Shown in pieces: positions 13,055 to 25,924 of a stretch of 64,000 nt of DNA. Under the pieces are notes generated by a model, which saw nothing but the letters and a program-made list of their open reading frames with translations, was not told the origin of the DNA and made no database searches. Position numbers and translations under genes: made by a program. Numbering within the stretch: position 1 is the stretch's first letter; each line of letters opens with the position of its first letter. Source of the stretch: Ylistrum balloti (lineage: Eukaryota); the NCBI RefSeq assembly GCF_031769215.1, contig NW_026782282.1, positions 1 to 64,000 of the forward strand, written 5' to 3'.

Positions 13055-16000
13055 TTTACGTGACTTAATTTTAGATTTCTGTTGCAAAAGATGACGAAAA
13101 TTTAATTCTTATGTGTACAAGTAAGTGTTGTTCCACACATCATAAACACATGCCATCGACGTCCCTTCGAATCCAATTGCATGTACTCTCATTTTATGGT
13201 CGATATGGTGTGAGGATTTCTCTCCGGCTGATAAGTCTACATCGAACATCAACACACTTAAATGTATAAAATGAAGGACATGAAGTTCGAAACGATGAAT
13301 TAAATTTCTGTTAAAGGTCAAACAACAGATAATAATCTGGCGATGACTAACTCCCTAAGCACAAGTTTTACAACTACATATGTAAAATGTAGGTATACAT
13401 GAAATGTTCGCACGCGGATTGTGTCATTGCTTTAGAATCACTTCTGCCTACAAACAAAGTGCTTGGAGGAAATATCGTGAAGTATAAAACAATGGCTTAT
13501 ATCAAACGTTATGAAAAAGGAACTTGTGTACCTTACATAATCTTTCTCTTGGACTCAACTACATCCATGTGATTTACTGGGTGAAGTCACTAAAGCAAAA
13601 TTTAAGGAGACTGGGGTTTTTTCTTGTAATAACAGTCGGATTCAAAATTTGAAATGCTAGTCGTACCCCAACAAATGAACAGACGTTAGTATAGCTCACG
13701 AATGTCTATACAGTTACCTTGCAACATACATTCATATATCTCAGTAATCGACTTCTTAAGGAAGATCGAAGACCGGGTTACCTCAGTTTTAATTTTCAAT
13801 AAAGCTGGTTATTGAACAAAAGCAGGTTCTCTTATCGTACACGTCAATCGCACAATCTGATAAAGGCTATCAATCAATTTCTTATACATAAAGTTAATTT
13901 CTTTTTCTAATTTACAACTGTACAATTCTAAGGAAATTCATTAAATCAAAAGAGTAAATTCAAAGCCGTTATTACAGTCAGCACTGTGAACATAATCAAT
14001 TTGGGTCAGGGTGCATATTATATATCAGGAGAGATTTATTTTGAAGGCGAGATATACCAATATATCAAGTGCAATGTTTTTTTGTTTGTTTGTTTTTTTT
14101 TTCTTTTCTATTTAGGTAATTGTGAATGAAAGAATTGAGATCAAGTAGTAATAAGAAAAAACTCAGGAAATATCGTAAAGCTAATCTTCTTAAGGTTCTT
14201 CTCAAATAGTCAGATATATAAATGTATGAAATTTTTACAAAACTATGGGGCTAGTACATTTTTCTTAGTCGCCTCCTAGGTTTAACATTTAAGGCCCTTA
14301 GCATCACTGTCGAGTCCTAGAAGACAAAATACTTTAATGATACTTAATTCATAGTTTGACTCTATCATATCTTTTATCAACAGGTAATCTTCATTAGAGA
14401 GTCTTTTGTACTATCTTCTGTTATGGGAAGACTTCAGTGCTCAAAGGTTTATTTTCTTTCAAATCGCACATCCAGTTACAAATAAACATTTATCCACAAT
14501 CATTTGGCTTATCGGTAAATAAAATAAAAATATTTCAAAAATAATATTTACACTTTTTTTTTTCTTATTCATTTATTTAACGGATTTTACGTCCACTATT
14601 ACAGGTCTTTCGGTCCTTCAGCGGACGAGCAAAAAATATCCCTGTTAATCATTAAATGCAGATACTGACCCTGTTGTGTACACGTCGTTTTTGTAACTGT
14701 TTTAACCTCCTATCTTCGCAGGCGGTAACCTAGCAGAACCTGTTGCGTAATAGTGTTGTTATCTTTGCTGTGTTACAGATACAATTAAGAGAACTCATGC
14801 TTGTAACGGACATTCTGAGGTGTGTAAAGTTACAGAGTGTTTACGTTCTTATCAATCACATGTTCACATCAACAATATTAAAGAAACATGTTCAGATACG
14901 TGTAATATCAAATTACTCTCAAAATAGCCTATCAGCGAAAAACTTATCATTCTAAGCATGAACTGAATGTCTAATACAACAGGTTATTTTTCTTTGATGA
15001 CGTCAAACACCAGAGGAAACGTAAATAATCAATTACAATGTTCTTTATTATTGTCATTTCGTGTCATTCTATGGTCACCCGATTACGATATCTTTTTTAA
15101 ATGAAAGTTCCATTATCACTATTATAAAAAAAATTATGTATGTGCGTGAAACTAGTTAGTACATTAAAAAAAACCATCAAATATCATGGACATTTATTTC
15201 TGTGCTGTTGTGGTTGTGTTCTTATGCAAGATAATTCATCCGAAATATTACGCACGGCATGCATTGGGTCGCATCATTTCCAATACTGCTTAAACGAGAT
15301 CACTCAACAGAATGACCCTTGACATTCATGTGACGATTAAACCAACCGAAAAACAGCAACAATATCGAAGTTTAACGCTGTTTGATTAAGTTTAGTACGG
15401 TACCGTAAGAAAAATGTCCTCCATTAGATAAAAACATCTTTTATTTTCAAAATTTTCTATGGCAGATATAACTTTTTATCTCTCTATTCATTTTGATATT
15501 GTCGTAACTAATATTTTACAGAATAGATAGATTGTGTCATGTTCCTGATGTTTTATTTGTCGTGTTCCGCGTATTTAATGTCAACTTCCATCTCGAGTAA
15601 TTGTCCTCCATTTATCTCGAATCGAATAATATATATTTCGACATCATTTCAAATAACCATTCGTTATTTTTCGTTTAAGATTTCTCTTAACTTAAAAGGA
15701 AACCAACAGTAGTTAGTAAAGCGAGACAACTAAGACGAAGTCTTATGATGGGCTTGGCTAGTGCATACTGCCTCCGAGAATAACGATGTGTTTTTGTTGC
15801 AGTCAATTGTGATGAATTTGATTTGTATTAAGATGTAGCACGCATCTTTCTATTTCAGATTTATATACAGCTGACGAAGTACATTTGAGAGAGTGTAGCA
15901 ATATGGTAAGTTGAAATACATTCATGGATTTCTCTCGCTAAGTCTTAATTACGTTGCGGGTTGATTTTGGTAATTATACATAAATATGACATGTCGCTAA

Positions 16001-17098
16001 ACATAAAAAAAGTGTTTTTGACATGTCCTTTGTTCTTGGAATATTCCTTCCAGTCTTGTGAAAGGCATTTCTGCTGGCGGATGATTTCTTAATTGCACAT
16101 AATGAAATCGGTTCAAAATATTTTCAAAATTATTTTGACAATTTTTACTTCTAGCAGTTGTGATTTTCCTAATTCATCTTCTGGATTGCATCTCTGGAAG
16201 GTCAGCTAAACAAGAAATCCGAGTATATCTGACTTTCTATCGACTTTTCAATAGCAATCCCGGTATATCGACTTCGAAACGATACGAAATGTTAATGCCT
16301 GTATAACGTTAACATAAGTTTATCTAGAGCGGATGTAGTCTATTCACAAAATACTGTATAACTGAATTCATATTAAAATGTCTTTTTCATTAGTTCGTAT
16401 TTGTACAATAATTTTCAGAACAGGTACATAGTATAGATACTAGAACACGGAGTCTACAATTGAAATTGGAACGGTAATTATCTATTTTTAGGGGTCGTAT
16501 TTGAGCAGTGCCGTATGACAAATAAGAAAATTATAGTATGACAAAGGGTAGACAATAATTGCCAGTACTGAAAATAAAGAAATCAGGTTTATTTCACTTT
16601 AAATTGGTCTACAAAATAATTATATAATTAAGGTACATAAACAATATAATACTCAAGTTGAAGTCAAATCCAATTACCTTTAAATCAAAAATTGCAAAGT
16701 TCAGTCTAAAATCTAGACTGAAACATTAATATTGGTGAAAGTTCTAGGAAATATATTTGAAATAACATCAAGACATTCTTAATCGTTTTATTTTCAAGCA
16801 TTTGACAATTTGCGTTATTCTACAGGAAGAAAGTTGATTTAGAGAAAACCTAGAGATGCCGATATGGCTGACAATTTACTTTCATAGCTTAAGACCAAAA
16901 TTATCCAAATCACATCACAGAATGCGTTATCCATATAATACTGACACTATGCTTTTTTTTAAGGTTAAACTTCTACATGTTAATAACAACACATAAATTC
17001 TATAGAGTAAAATTACAAATATTGCGATAGTGTACAGAGCTAGCTAATAATTCTTTTTTTTTTTTTTTGTAATTTTTTTATTTTCCAAGATTTTTCAG

Positions 17099-17277
17099 NN
17101 NNNNNNNNNNNNNNNNNNNNNNNNNNNNNNNNNNNNNNNNNNNNNNNNNNNNNNNNNNNNNNNNNNNNNNNNNNNNNNNNNNNNNNNNNNNNNNNNNNNN
17201 NNNNNNNNNNNNNNNNNNNNNNNNNNNNNNNNNNNNNNNNNNNNNNNNNNNNNNNNNNNNNNNNNNNNNNNNNNNNN
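17099..17277. other. Assembly gap (179 N)
   Basis: Run of N characters. Confidence 1.
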
Positions 17278-20200
17278 CTTTTGGAAAAAAATGTGTAAGA
17301 CTGTTTAAAAGACAAACGTTATGAATAAAATTTACACTGATAAACTGAAATATACATTTCAGTATAAACAGATATACATGTAAATACTTAAAAAGAAAAA
17401 AATTCTATATTCTACAATTTATTTTTTAAAATCATAATTTATTTACATTAGTAACAAATAAAAAAAAATTAAATTTGAAAGACAAAGAACAAAACTTTAT
17501 ATTAATATACAAATGTCATGTGCAACAATCAATATGTTTCTATAAGAAAGATTCAGTTAGATTCAATATCACAAGAGTTCAAATCACAACAAAATTCACT
17601 AGATTGGATCCAGTCATCACAGAAACTCCAAACGGCAAATATTTTGTCATACTGTAATGCATATACAATGTGTGATTTTATACAGCAGATATTTAATCCC
17701 TTCTACCAAAGCAAAGTCACTTTCATACCACCAGATACTGTATCTTCTACCTCATTTAATTTCACAATTTTCGTCCATGCACAGGGAGAGGGAATTCAAG
17801 ATGAGGGCGAAAATTTGGTTTATTTTTGTAACCCTTTTTACATGCTATTCAAAAACGGAAATGGTCATGAGATGGATTTGAGTTTAATGTACACGGACAA
17901 AAAATAACCAAGTTTGCAGTATTTGAAAAGTAGCTCCTTCATAACCAGAACTGAATTTTTCAAATTTTTTTCAAATTTTTTTTTGCATTATGTATTTACT
18001 AGATATCAGCATATGGAATAAACAATTTCTGATAGTATTAGGTATTAGTAAAACAAAAGATATTGGTAACCATACATTGTCATCTGAATACCATCTGATA
18101 TAAGGCATGTCCTATCTTACTAGCATCAAATATGGCATCGTTAAGTTATCAAAAATTTTAAAAATAGGAAATGTGACTATATTTGGATTTATCTGAAGAT
18201 GCTGTGAGAGGTAGATCAAATGATATAGTCCCTATTATGTAAGACTTTCATGGAATTGATATTCTTTTTATCACAAGTTTCATAAACCACTTGTACATGT
18301 ATCACATAAATAAGGCTGGAATTTGTGGGAGGGGTTCTTTAGTCTTCAAACAGAAATGGACCATAATATTTGAAAACAGGATCAGCTATTGAAATTCATG
18401 TGAATAGAGATTACAAATCCTTATAAAAATATGCCAAACATATGGGTATTTGTAGGCTAGACAAAAACCCACACACAAGTATTCAGTTGATTGTCCTCAG
18501 CACAAATCACACAAATTAACTCGACAACGGTCCTCTATAGACCTGTTATGAAACGACTGGAGTGTTAGTTATAAATTGCATATAAAAATGAAGTTCAGTT
18601 TCTCTTACACAAACATAAAACATACAAATAAAATGTTTACAGAATGCTATATTGGTTACAGTGAGCATTTTATAGCATTGCGTGTGGAAATTCCAAGCAG
18701 TTAAAAACAGAACCAAACCCACAAACTACATATGTAATAAGCCGAAGACAACAGACTTGCTTGAACTTGCAGTTGCTGCAGCCTGGAATTTTCTTATAAT
18801 TTTTGTTAAAAAGGTAGCATGGCCTACAAAATATCCCTTGAAGCATTGATGTGAAAATAAAACATACCAAAAGGTTAAAAGAATTTGAATGACTATAACA
18901 AACACATAGCTGGGTACATTAAAATTAGAAATTTTTGAAAATTCATGATTTTCCAAAAGTCTCTTCATTGTATTAGACCTATAATTCAAATAAATGCTTT
19001 TTACATACAAAAAAACAGTCAAGCAAACATCTACGTAAAATGAGATTTATCTACGAGGAGGGGTTAAAGTGTTCAACAACAACTAATATGATGATCTTCG
19101 GACTGCCGACAATTTGTTGGTCTGTCATAATTAATAAAAAAATTTATTCATATTTTTTGAAAGATATTTTCTAATTTCATGAATGAACATCAAATCTAGC
19201 ATTTCAATTTGTTACTTTCATCCAGAAATACAACAGCAGATGAAAACTTATATCAAAGTACATGAAAACAGCATGAACCATTGAAATTCTTCACAATCAA
19301 ACTTTTAAAAAATTCCAAGATATCATCAATAATGATCATTTAGAAAAAGATCAATTTATAAATGATGAATAGAAACTTTAATGATTATCAAAAATAAAAA
19401 ATTTGTGAAAAAAATATCAACAAAGTATATGAAGTCACCAAAAGAAATTGAGCAAACAGTATTGGAATGTGTCTGTAATAATTTATTTAAGATATACAAA
19501 AGGTGAGATATTGACTCCAAGCTTCACTTTTGATTATAAACTGTTATCATGGCACAAGAGTTTTCCATAGTATCACAAAATTGATATTTATGAAATGCAT
19601 TTTCATAATCATGTCACATATTTCTGTTAAGAAAATATATCATTATTAATTGCATTTGGGCCATTTTATCAGACATGAAATAATCTAAAAAAACATTAAC
19701 AAAACAAGTCTCAGATGAAAAGTCTGGAATTTACCACATCTTAACTTTAGGAGACCGTTTGCTATATACAAAAATATGCCTCCAATCTAATTTTGAAATG
19801 GTAAAATAATGACTAAATTGTTTGGATTTCTAAATTATCACCTCACAAAAAAGACCTACGTGTAAAATATATTAAATATTCACCACTTATCGAGATTGTT
19901 TCTCAAGTTCTAGATAAAAGTTAAACAGTAACGCTTTGAAGGATTAAGGACTCAAATAATCAAGTAATGTTATTCAAAATTAAATAAAAAAAAAAATACA
20001 AATGATATTCATTATCCTATAGAAGTAAGGGATTACATGAACAATGTATGTAAAGAGAAGTAAACACATGCTTCCTCCTCTTTTCCTGTGAACATTGTTA
20101 AATTCTCCTTTACATGCCTGAAATTAAATATTTCAGCTTCAACTTCTAACTCTTTCCTACATTTAATTTTTCCCCAATTGGCAAAAGGTTAAGACACTTT

Positions 20201-20295
20201 AAATTTCAACTGTGGTGGCTGACATCCTATGTAGAGTATTAATTTAAATGTTATTGAACACTCACATTAAAAGTCTGTGTAACACGTTTCAACAA

Positions 20296-23200
20296 TCACT
20301 GATTTTGAAGATTCTTCATTTTGATGACCCAACCATCGTTGGAAGGCATGAAGACAGGGTTAAGGACAGGCAACAAAATATCCATGGTACCTAAGGCTCC
20401 CGGCAAGTACTTAAGGAACCGACCAGGGTATCCGAGCAGCTCAACAGTCGTGGATGGGCTGGGGATGGGGGCCCGTAGACTAAGTGTGTTGTTTTTGGGC
20501 CATTCCAGCACTATGGCATACACAGCAGTAGTGGAGATAAGCTTCTGAGATGTATACCTGGAAACAAAGTTATTAAAACTCTAAAAGCTGCAAAAAAACA
20601 AATAATCTTTTATTCTTGACAGATGTCTACTCCCAAGAAAAATTAAAGTTACAATATTTCTGTTTCTTAATCTGTCTCATAACATCTCTGTACATGGTTT
20701 TAGACTTTCTATTTGAAGCATTACAGATTGTTAGCTTCATGTACACAAATCAAAACTACATTTGCTCTTATACATAATAACACATAACTGAAATACGTTT
20801 GTTTTTCATATTAACAGTGAAATTATGTACACGAAAACTATATACTACCTTGTCCCTTTATAATAACCACAATTAAAACTGAATTTTTCTCTTTTGGTAT
20901 TAATATACTAATTTACCAGACACTTTTTGTAGTGTTGTCCTGCTGTGTGTGCCAGGGTTTGGAGTGGTAAACAGCTTCTCCGTTAACAGACATCCATTTT
21001 CCAAATTCCCTCAGTCTCACCTCAAATATGGGAATGATTCGACCATCAGATGTGGGACCAACATTCATTAGTAAATTACCACCACAGCTGTAACAAATTT
21101 TAATAAAGTGAACACAGAGACCAGTTATATTCTTATTTCAAATTAGAAAATCTGTCTTTTATATACAGTTCCAAGTCATTCTTCTTATCTTTGCTTTTAT
21201 AAGAAAGTTCTTGACTTCCTGAGCTACCTCCCCTCTCCCCTATCAAGTACCCTGGTTACCTCCCTTTACCTCCTCACTTTAATCGTCTTTTTCTCATCTC
21301 ACCTAATTGTTCTGGCCATGACAGTGAGGAGCTCGTTGAGAGAAAGAACATCTGCTAAATTGATGTTGCGTCTGTGTGTCCAGCTGTGTCGATCGACAGT
21401 CATGGCACTCTCCCATTTGTGGGGCTGAAGTTTACCTACAAATATGAATTCATTTTTGAAAGTACAGTTTTTAACAGCAATTTCATACTACTTTATAATG
21501 TTTGAAATAAAACTCGAAAAATAAGTCACAATATTAAATTGTATACAATTATTCAGTTTATAACTCAGACACAATGCCTTTTAAAGTAATCAGTGGGTTG
21601 AAATTCAGAAAAGGAAACTTGCATAGAGATACAGCATGAACTGATGTTTATGTCCTCTTCAACTCACCAAAATGTCATTATATGAACATTTTTTTCACCA
21701 AACCTTTTCAGACTTTATCATGTCCTTAGGTCAGGATGTAAAGTTTTGCTCTCCATTCAGTACCAGTACTGATCGTATAAATCAGAAATTTTGTGTTATT
21801 ACCTGGATTGTATTTGTCGGAACAGTCCCAAAAACCTCCATGGTGACATTCGGTGTCATTGCCCCATCGGTCGTTTACTACAACGAAATCTTTGACAGGG
21901 CTACAAACAAAAAGCAGTTATAAACCAATATGTTTACTTCACATAAATCTATTTATGTGGCTCTATACATCAGGCCTCTTGATCCGAACAAAATCCCTGT
22001 AATTAAAAGTCAGTAGAGTGGGTTTAAGCAGTAACCTATTTTCCCTTCCTAGGTTTGCCAACTTTCCCTTTCCAGATTTGCCTTCTTTTCCTCCCAAGGT
22101 TTGCCCACTTGCCATTCCCAGATTTACCCACTTTCCCTCCCCTGGTTTGCCCACTTGCCATTCCCAGATTTGCCCACTCCCCCCCCCCTCCTGGTTTGCC
22201 CACTTTTCCTTCCCAGATTTACCTACTTTCCTTCCCCTGGTTTGCCCACTTTCCCTTCCCAGATTTACCCACTTTCCCTTCCCAGATTTACCCACTTTCC
22301 CTTCCCAGATTTGCCCACTTTCCCTTCCCAGATTTACCCATTTTCCTTCCCCTGGTTTGCCCACTTTCCCTTCCCAGATTTACCTACTTTCCTTCCCCTG
22401 GTTTGCCCACTTTCCCTTCCCAGATTTACCCACTTTCCCTTCCCAGATTTACCCACTTTCCCTTCCCAGATTTACCCACTTTCCCTTCCCAGATTTGCCC
22501 ACTTTCCCTTCCCAGATTTACCCATTTTCCTTCCCCTGGTTTGCCCACTTTCCCCTTCCCAGATTTGCCTACTTTCCTTCCCCTGGTTTGCCCACTTTCA
22601 CTTCCCAGATTTGCCTACTTTCCTTCCCCTGGTTTGCCCACTTTCACTTCCCAGATTTGCCTACTTTCCCTCCCCTGGTTTGCCCACTTTCACTTCCCAG
22701 ATTTGCCTACTTTCCATATCGATTTTCAAAACAAATCTGTAGAAAGCACTAAATGCATTTCTCACTTCATCAAATCAACAGAGTTGGCAAAACCAAATTA
22801 CCCTGAAGGACGACAGGTACATGACAAATCCATGTACCCTTATTGTTTGTCACTAAACCTATGCCTTGCAATAAGACCATCTATATATATATATATGTAT
22901 CTTAGTCCAGTATAACTACAAAGAAATACTGTTTCAATATCTTGTAATCAGCCCACTCCTTCACTTTCAGTCAGAATTTGTATGGTAACCTACTTGGCCT
23001 ATTGTAGGATAAATACAAGGAAAAATTACAAATCTGTGCATTGCCTTCTTCACAAACACAAAACTGCACTAATTAAGATATGTTCTTTGTTGTTGGCTAC
23101 ACTAATGGACTCACCTTTCATTGTAGAGCCAGGCAAGGAATTCCAGAGAACCCCAGTATGATTCCGGGGCACCCATAGGGCCGTCAGACCAGATCAATTC

Positions 23201-25252
23201 TGGCTGGTAAGTATTCACTAGTTCATACAACTCCGGCATCGTCTTGGTCTAAAAGTCATTACATTGTACAACATTCAATACTTAAAATAACAAATTGATA
23301 TAAATGTGGCTAAATATAATGTATAAATTAAAATATTAAAGGAGATCTCAATCTGCAAGGTTTTTAATCTCAAACATTATTTCTTTCATTCTTATAGGAA
23401 TTTACTTTGAATGCCAGATAATTTCATATCAACAACAAAGTTATAAATAATTACTGGTATATGGAATGCTTAATCATGTCTTGCAACATACTTTAATTAT
23501 TGAAAAGTGTGAAGAAAAATTCAACAGTTAGACATATGTAAAATGTTATACAAATTACTGCATAATTGTTTAATTTTGCCAGGCCAGGTTAATTCCTGGA
23601 ATTAAATTTTGCTCATGTCAATACATTGGTATACACGTACATAATACATAATTCCTTATATTTTGATTCTCTGTTAAATATTAAATGGATATTAACATTT
23701 GCGCTACCTTAAATGACTACAAATATTGAGAAATTTAATTTTGAATTGAATAGTGCCAACTTATCTTATACACCTGTATCAACATATACTTTACCTCAGG
23801 GAAGGAACGAGTAGTGTAGTTGTTTGCCTTGTCCTGCAGATACAAAGGGTTGAAGAACTCAAACAATGAGTGATATACACCAAAGTGCATGCCCTTCTCC
23901 CTGACAGCTTTCAGAAGATCACCTGAAAGTATAAGAAACAAAATCCAGTTACTTATTTTGTTCATTCAAATTAAAAAAGTCCCAGTTCTAGTGAAGCTTT
24001 TAAAAATTTGTACAATACCACATCCAAAACTTTTCAATAAAATGTGATAATTATCATATACAGATTGATTATGAGCAATGTATGAAGAATCATTTGTGGT
24101 ATGTAATGATGTGTTTTAACACCAGTTTTTTTTTCCATTTATTTGGGAAAAGGTCTTTTTATCTCATTTTAGGAAGCCAAGTGATCACTTGGTAAGGAAA
24201 TTTTAAGGACTATATCTTTTGTGAATTTGGCCATTTTTTTTATAAAATAAATACAAATGGGAATGGGGACCATATTTGATCCTATAGAGCCCTCAGAAAA
24301 AGCTGTGAATGTAAGAACATGAATTAAAACATGTAAGACAAATTACCTAATAAATCTCGTTTCGGACCCACAGCTCCAGCATTCCAATTAAAAGAATACT
24401 TTGAAGGCCACATCGTAAAACCTTCATGGTGTTTTGTGACAAGAACAACATATCTGTAAAATATAAATATTAAACACTTGTTTCCATGCAGAGTAAAAAC
24501 AACTTTAACTATTATTAATACATTAAACCATTACCTGGCTACAACTTTGTAGCATGTTTAAACCGATAGTGACATGCTGAATATCAAAATTCAAATTACA
24601 TCATGCTGCAATTTCAGTTAAATCTAAATATGTGTTTGTGTGTTACTGGTACAACAAATTGACTTTAAAAAAGAAATATTGAGAAATAAAAAATAACCCT
24701 TGTCACGTGCACTCTTATGTAGAACAATTACATAGCTTTATTTATATACGATTTGCACTTATACAAAGAAAATAATTGTAGTTATCAAAATAAATGATAA
24801 TAATAGGTCGCTGGACATATTTGATAATGAATTCATACTCGAATGATACAACATGTTTACAATGTATGCTGAAGGTTCCGGTTATCTGGTTATGTAAACA
24901 GGTGTTACCTAGCCCCTGACGCCTGGAAAATATCGGCCCATTGCTCAGGATCGAAAAATGCCGCATGGAATTCAGCAGCGAAGTCCTGATAAGTGAAGCC
25001 AGGTCTGTAATTCTTTTTCATAAAGTCTACATAAGCAGGAACCCCGTGGTGTAGGTAGTACCAGAACCAAGCTGATCCGAATGCAGGGACAGAATACACT
25101 CCCCAGTGAAGAAATATACCGATCTTCGCTTCATCATACCAAGTCGGCAACGGACGAGAATCTAACGATTCCCAGTTAGGTTGGTACTTCTTAGCAGACG
25201 TCAGTGCAAATAATAAAACAAATATATTCACAAAAATACTTAGCTTTCCCAT
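20296..25252 (-). CDS. FUCA: Alpha-L-fucosidase (GH29), complete 8-exon gene, 458 aa
   Basis: Exons: 24909-25252, 24347-24453, 23795-23922, 23115-23248, 21803-21900, 21303-21435, 20917-21087, 20296-20557. All junctions are GT-AG and phase-consistent; total 1377 nt. Signal peptide [22 protein letters not shown]29 motifs: [49 protein letters not shown] (nucleophile), [27 protein letters not shown]. Confidence 0.97.
22040..22715. repeat. ~23-bp pyrimidine-rich tandem array (about 29 units, two interleaved unit types) in fucosidase intron 4
   Basis: Units ttcccagatttacccactttccc and cttcccctggtttgcccactttc alternate irregularly. The minus strand is rich in GGG tracts. Confidence 0.95.
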
Positions 25253-25707
25253 CTCGATGCAAATGTTTGTTATGGTCGAAAAGTCACGAGACCAAACACA
25301 TTGTGTAGTGTTCACACGAACGCTTTTATCACAGGCTAAATTACTAGACTTGTCACAGCGTCTTAATGATACAGACCTGATGGTTAAAGATGCATAACCA
25401 CCAAAAAACATGTTGGTTTATAACTGTGACAAGTCTTATTCGTCAAATACGAAATTTACATGATTTAGTTACACCTTAACTAAGTTATCACAAGAAATGA
25501 GATAGAAGCACTGCCTAAAAGGAGACTCCATAACTGAAGTTGTCGACTTAACGTTATCACTTTAAAGGAAAATTCGTATTAAAATATTCAAGGTGTTCAC
25601 ACATAGGGTGCGTTCGTGCTACCGGCTAAAACAGTCCAGACAGACATAGGAACGTACCGTGTAAAACAAACGACCGGCCTGAAATTGAACCGAGGCTACA
25701 ATCCAAG

Positions 25708-25920
25708 ATGGCTGACAAAGACGAATAACTGGGCATTTCGCCTGGACTATTTTTGCTTCTTGACGACTTTTTGGAATCCGACGAAGCAATCGACAGCGAC
25801 AATGACGATGACATGTTCTTTTTTTTGAACACCACCAACAAAACAACTTTTACGACAAAACTATGCCAAATTATACGCGCACGGAGTTTCATTCCCATTT
25901 CCGAATGACACCGGCTTCTA
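25708..25920 (+). pseudogene. Harbinger transposase N-terminal fragment
   Basis: An acidic leader (DDFLESDEAIDSDNDDD) is followed by MPNYTRTEFHSHFRMT, resembling the Y-x4-F-x-x-HFRM motif of HARBI1-like transposases. Contains stops and frameshifts and is truncated at the Gypsy junction. Confidence 0.7.
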
Positions 25921-25924
25921 ATAA

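Noticed and set aside
17518-17907. 129-aa plus-strand ORF
   Set aside because: No recognisable domain or exon context; lies in the fucosidase 3' flank.
18670-18870. Cys-rich short ORF (CRPC, CSNC)
   Set aside because: Spacing does not match a family I recognise, and there is no signal peptide or supported splice.
21963-22915. Long Pro/Phe-rich and Gly/Lys-rich ORFs
   Set aside because: They arise from the stop-poor 23-bp intronic repeat read in several frames.
25253-25411. N-terminal extension of fucosidase from TTG 25411
   Set aside because: The ATG at 25252 directly precedes a typical signal peptide.
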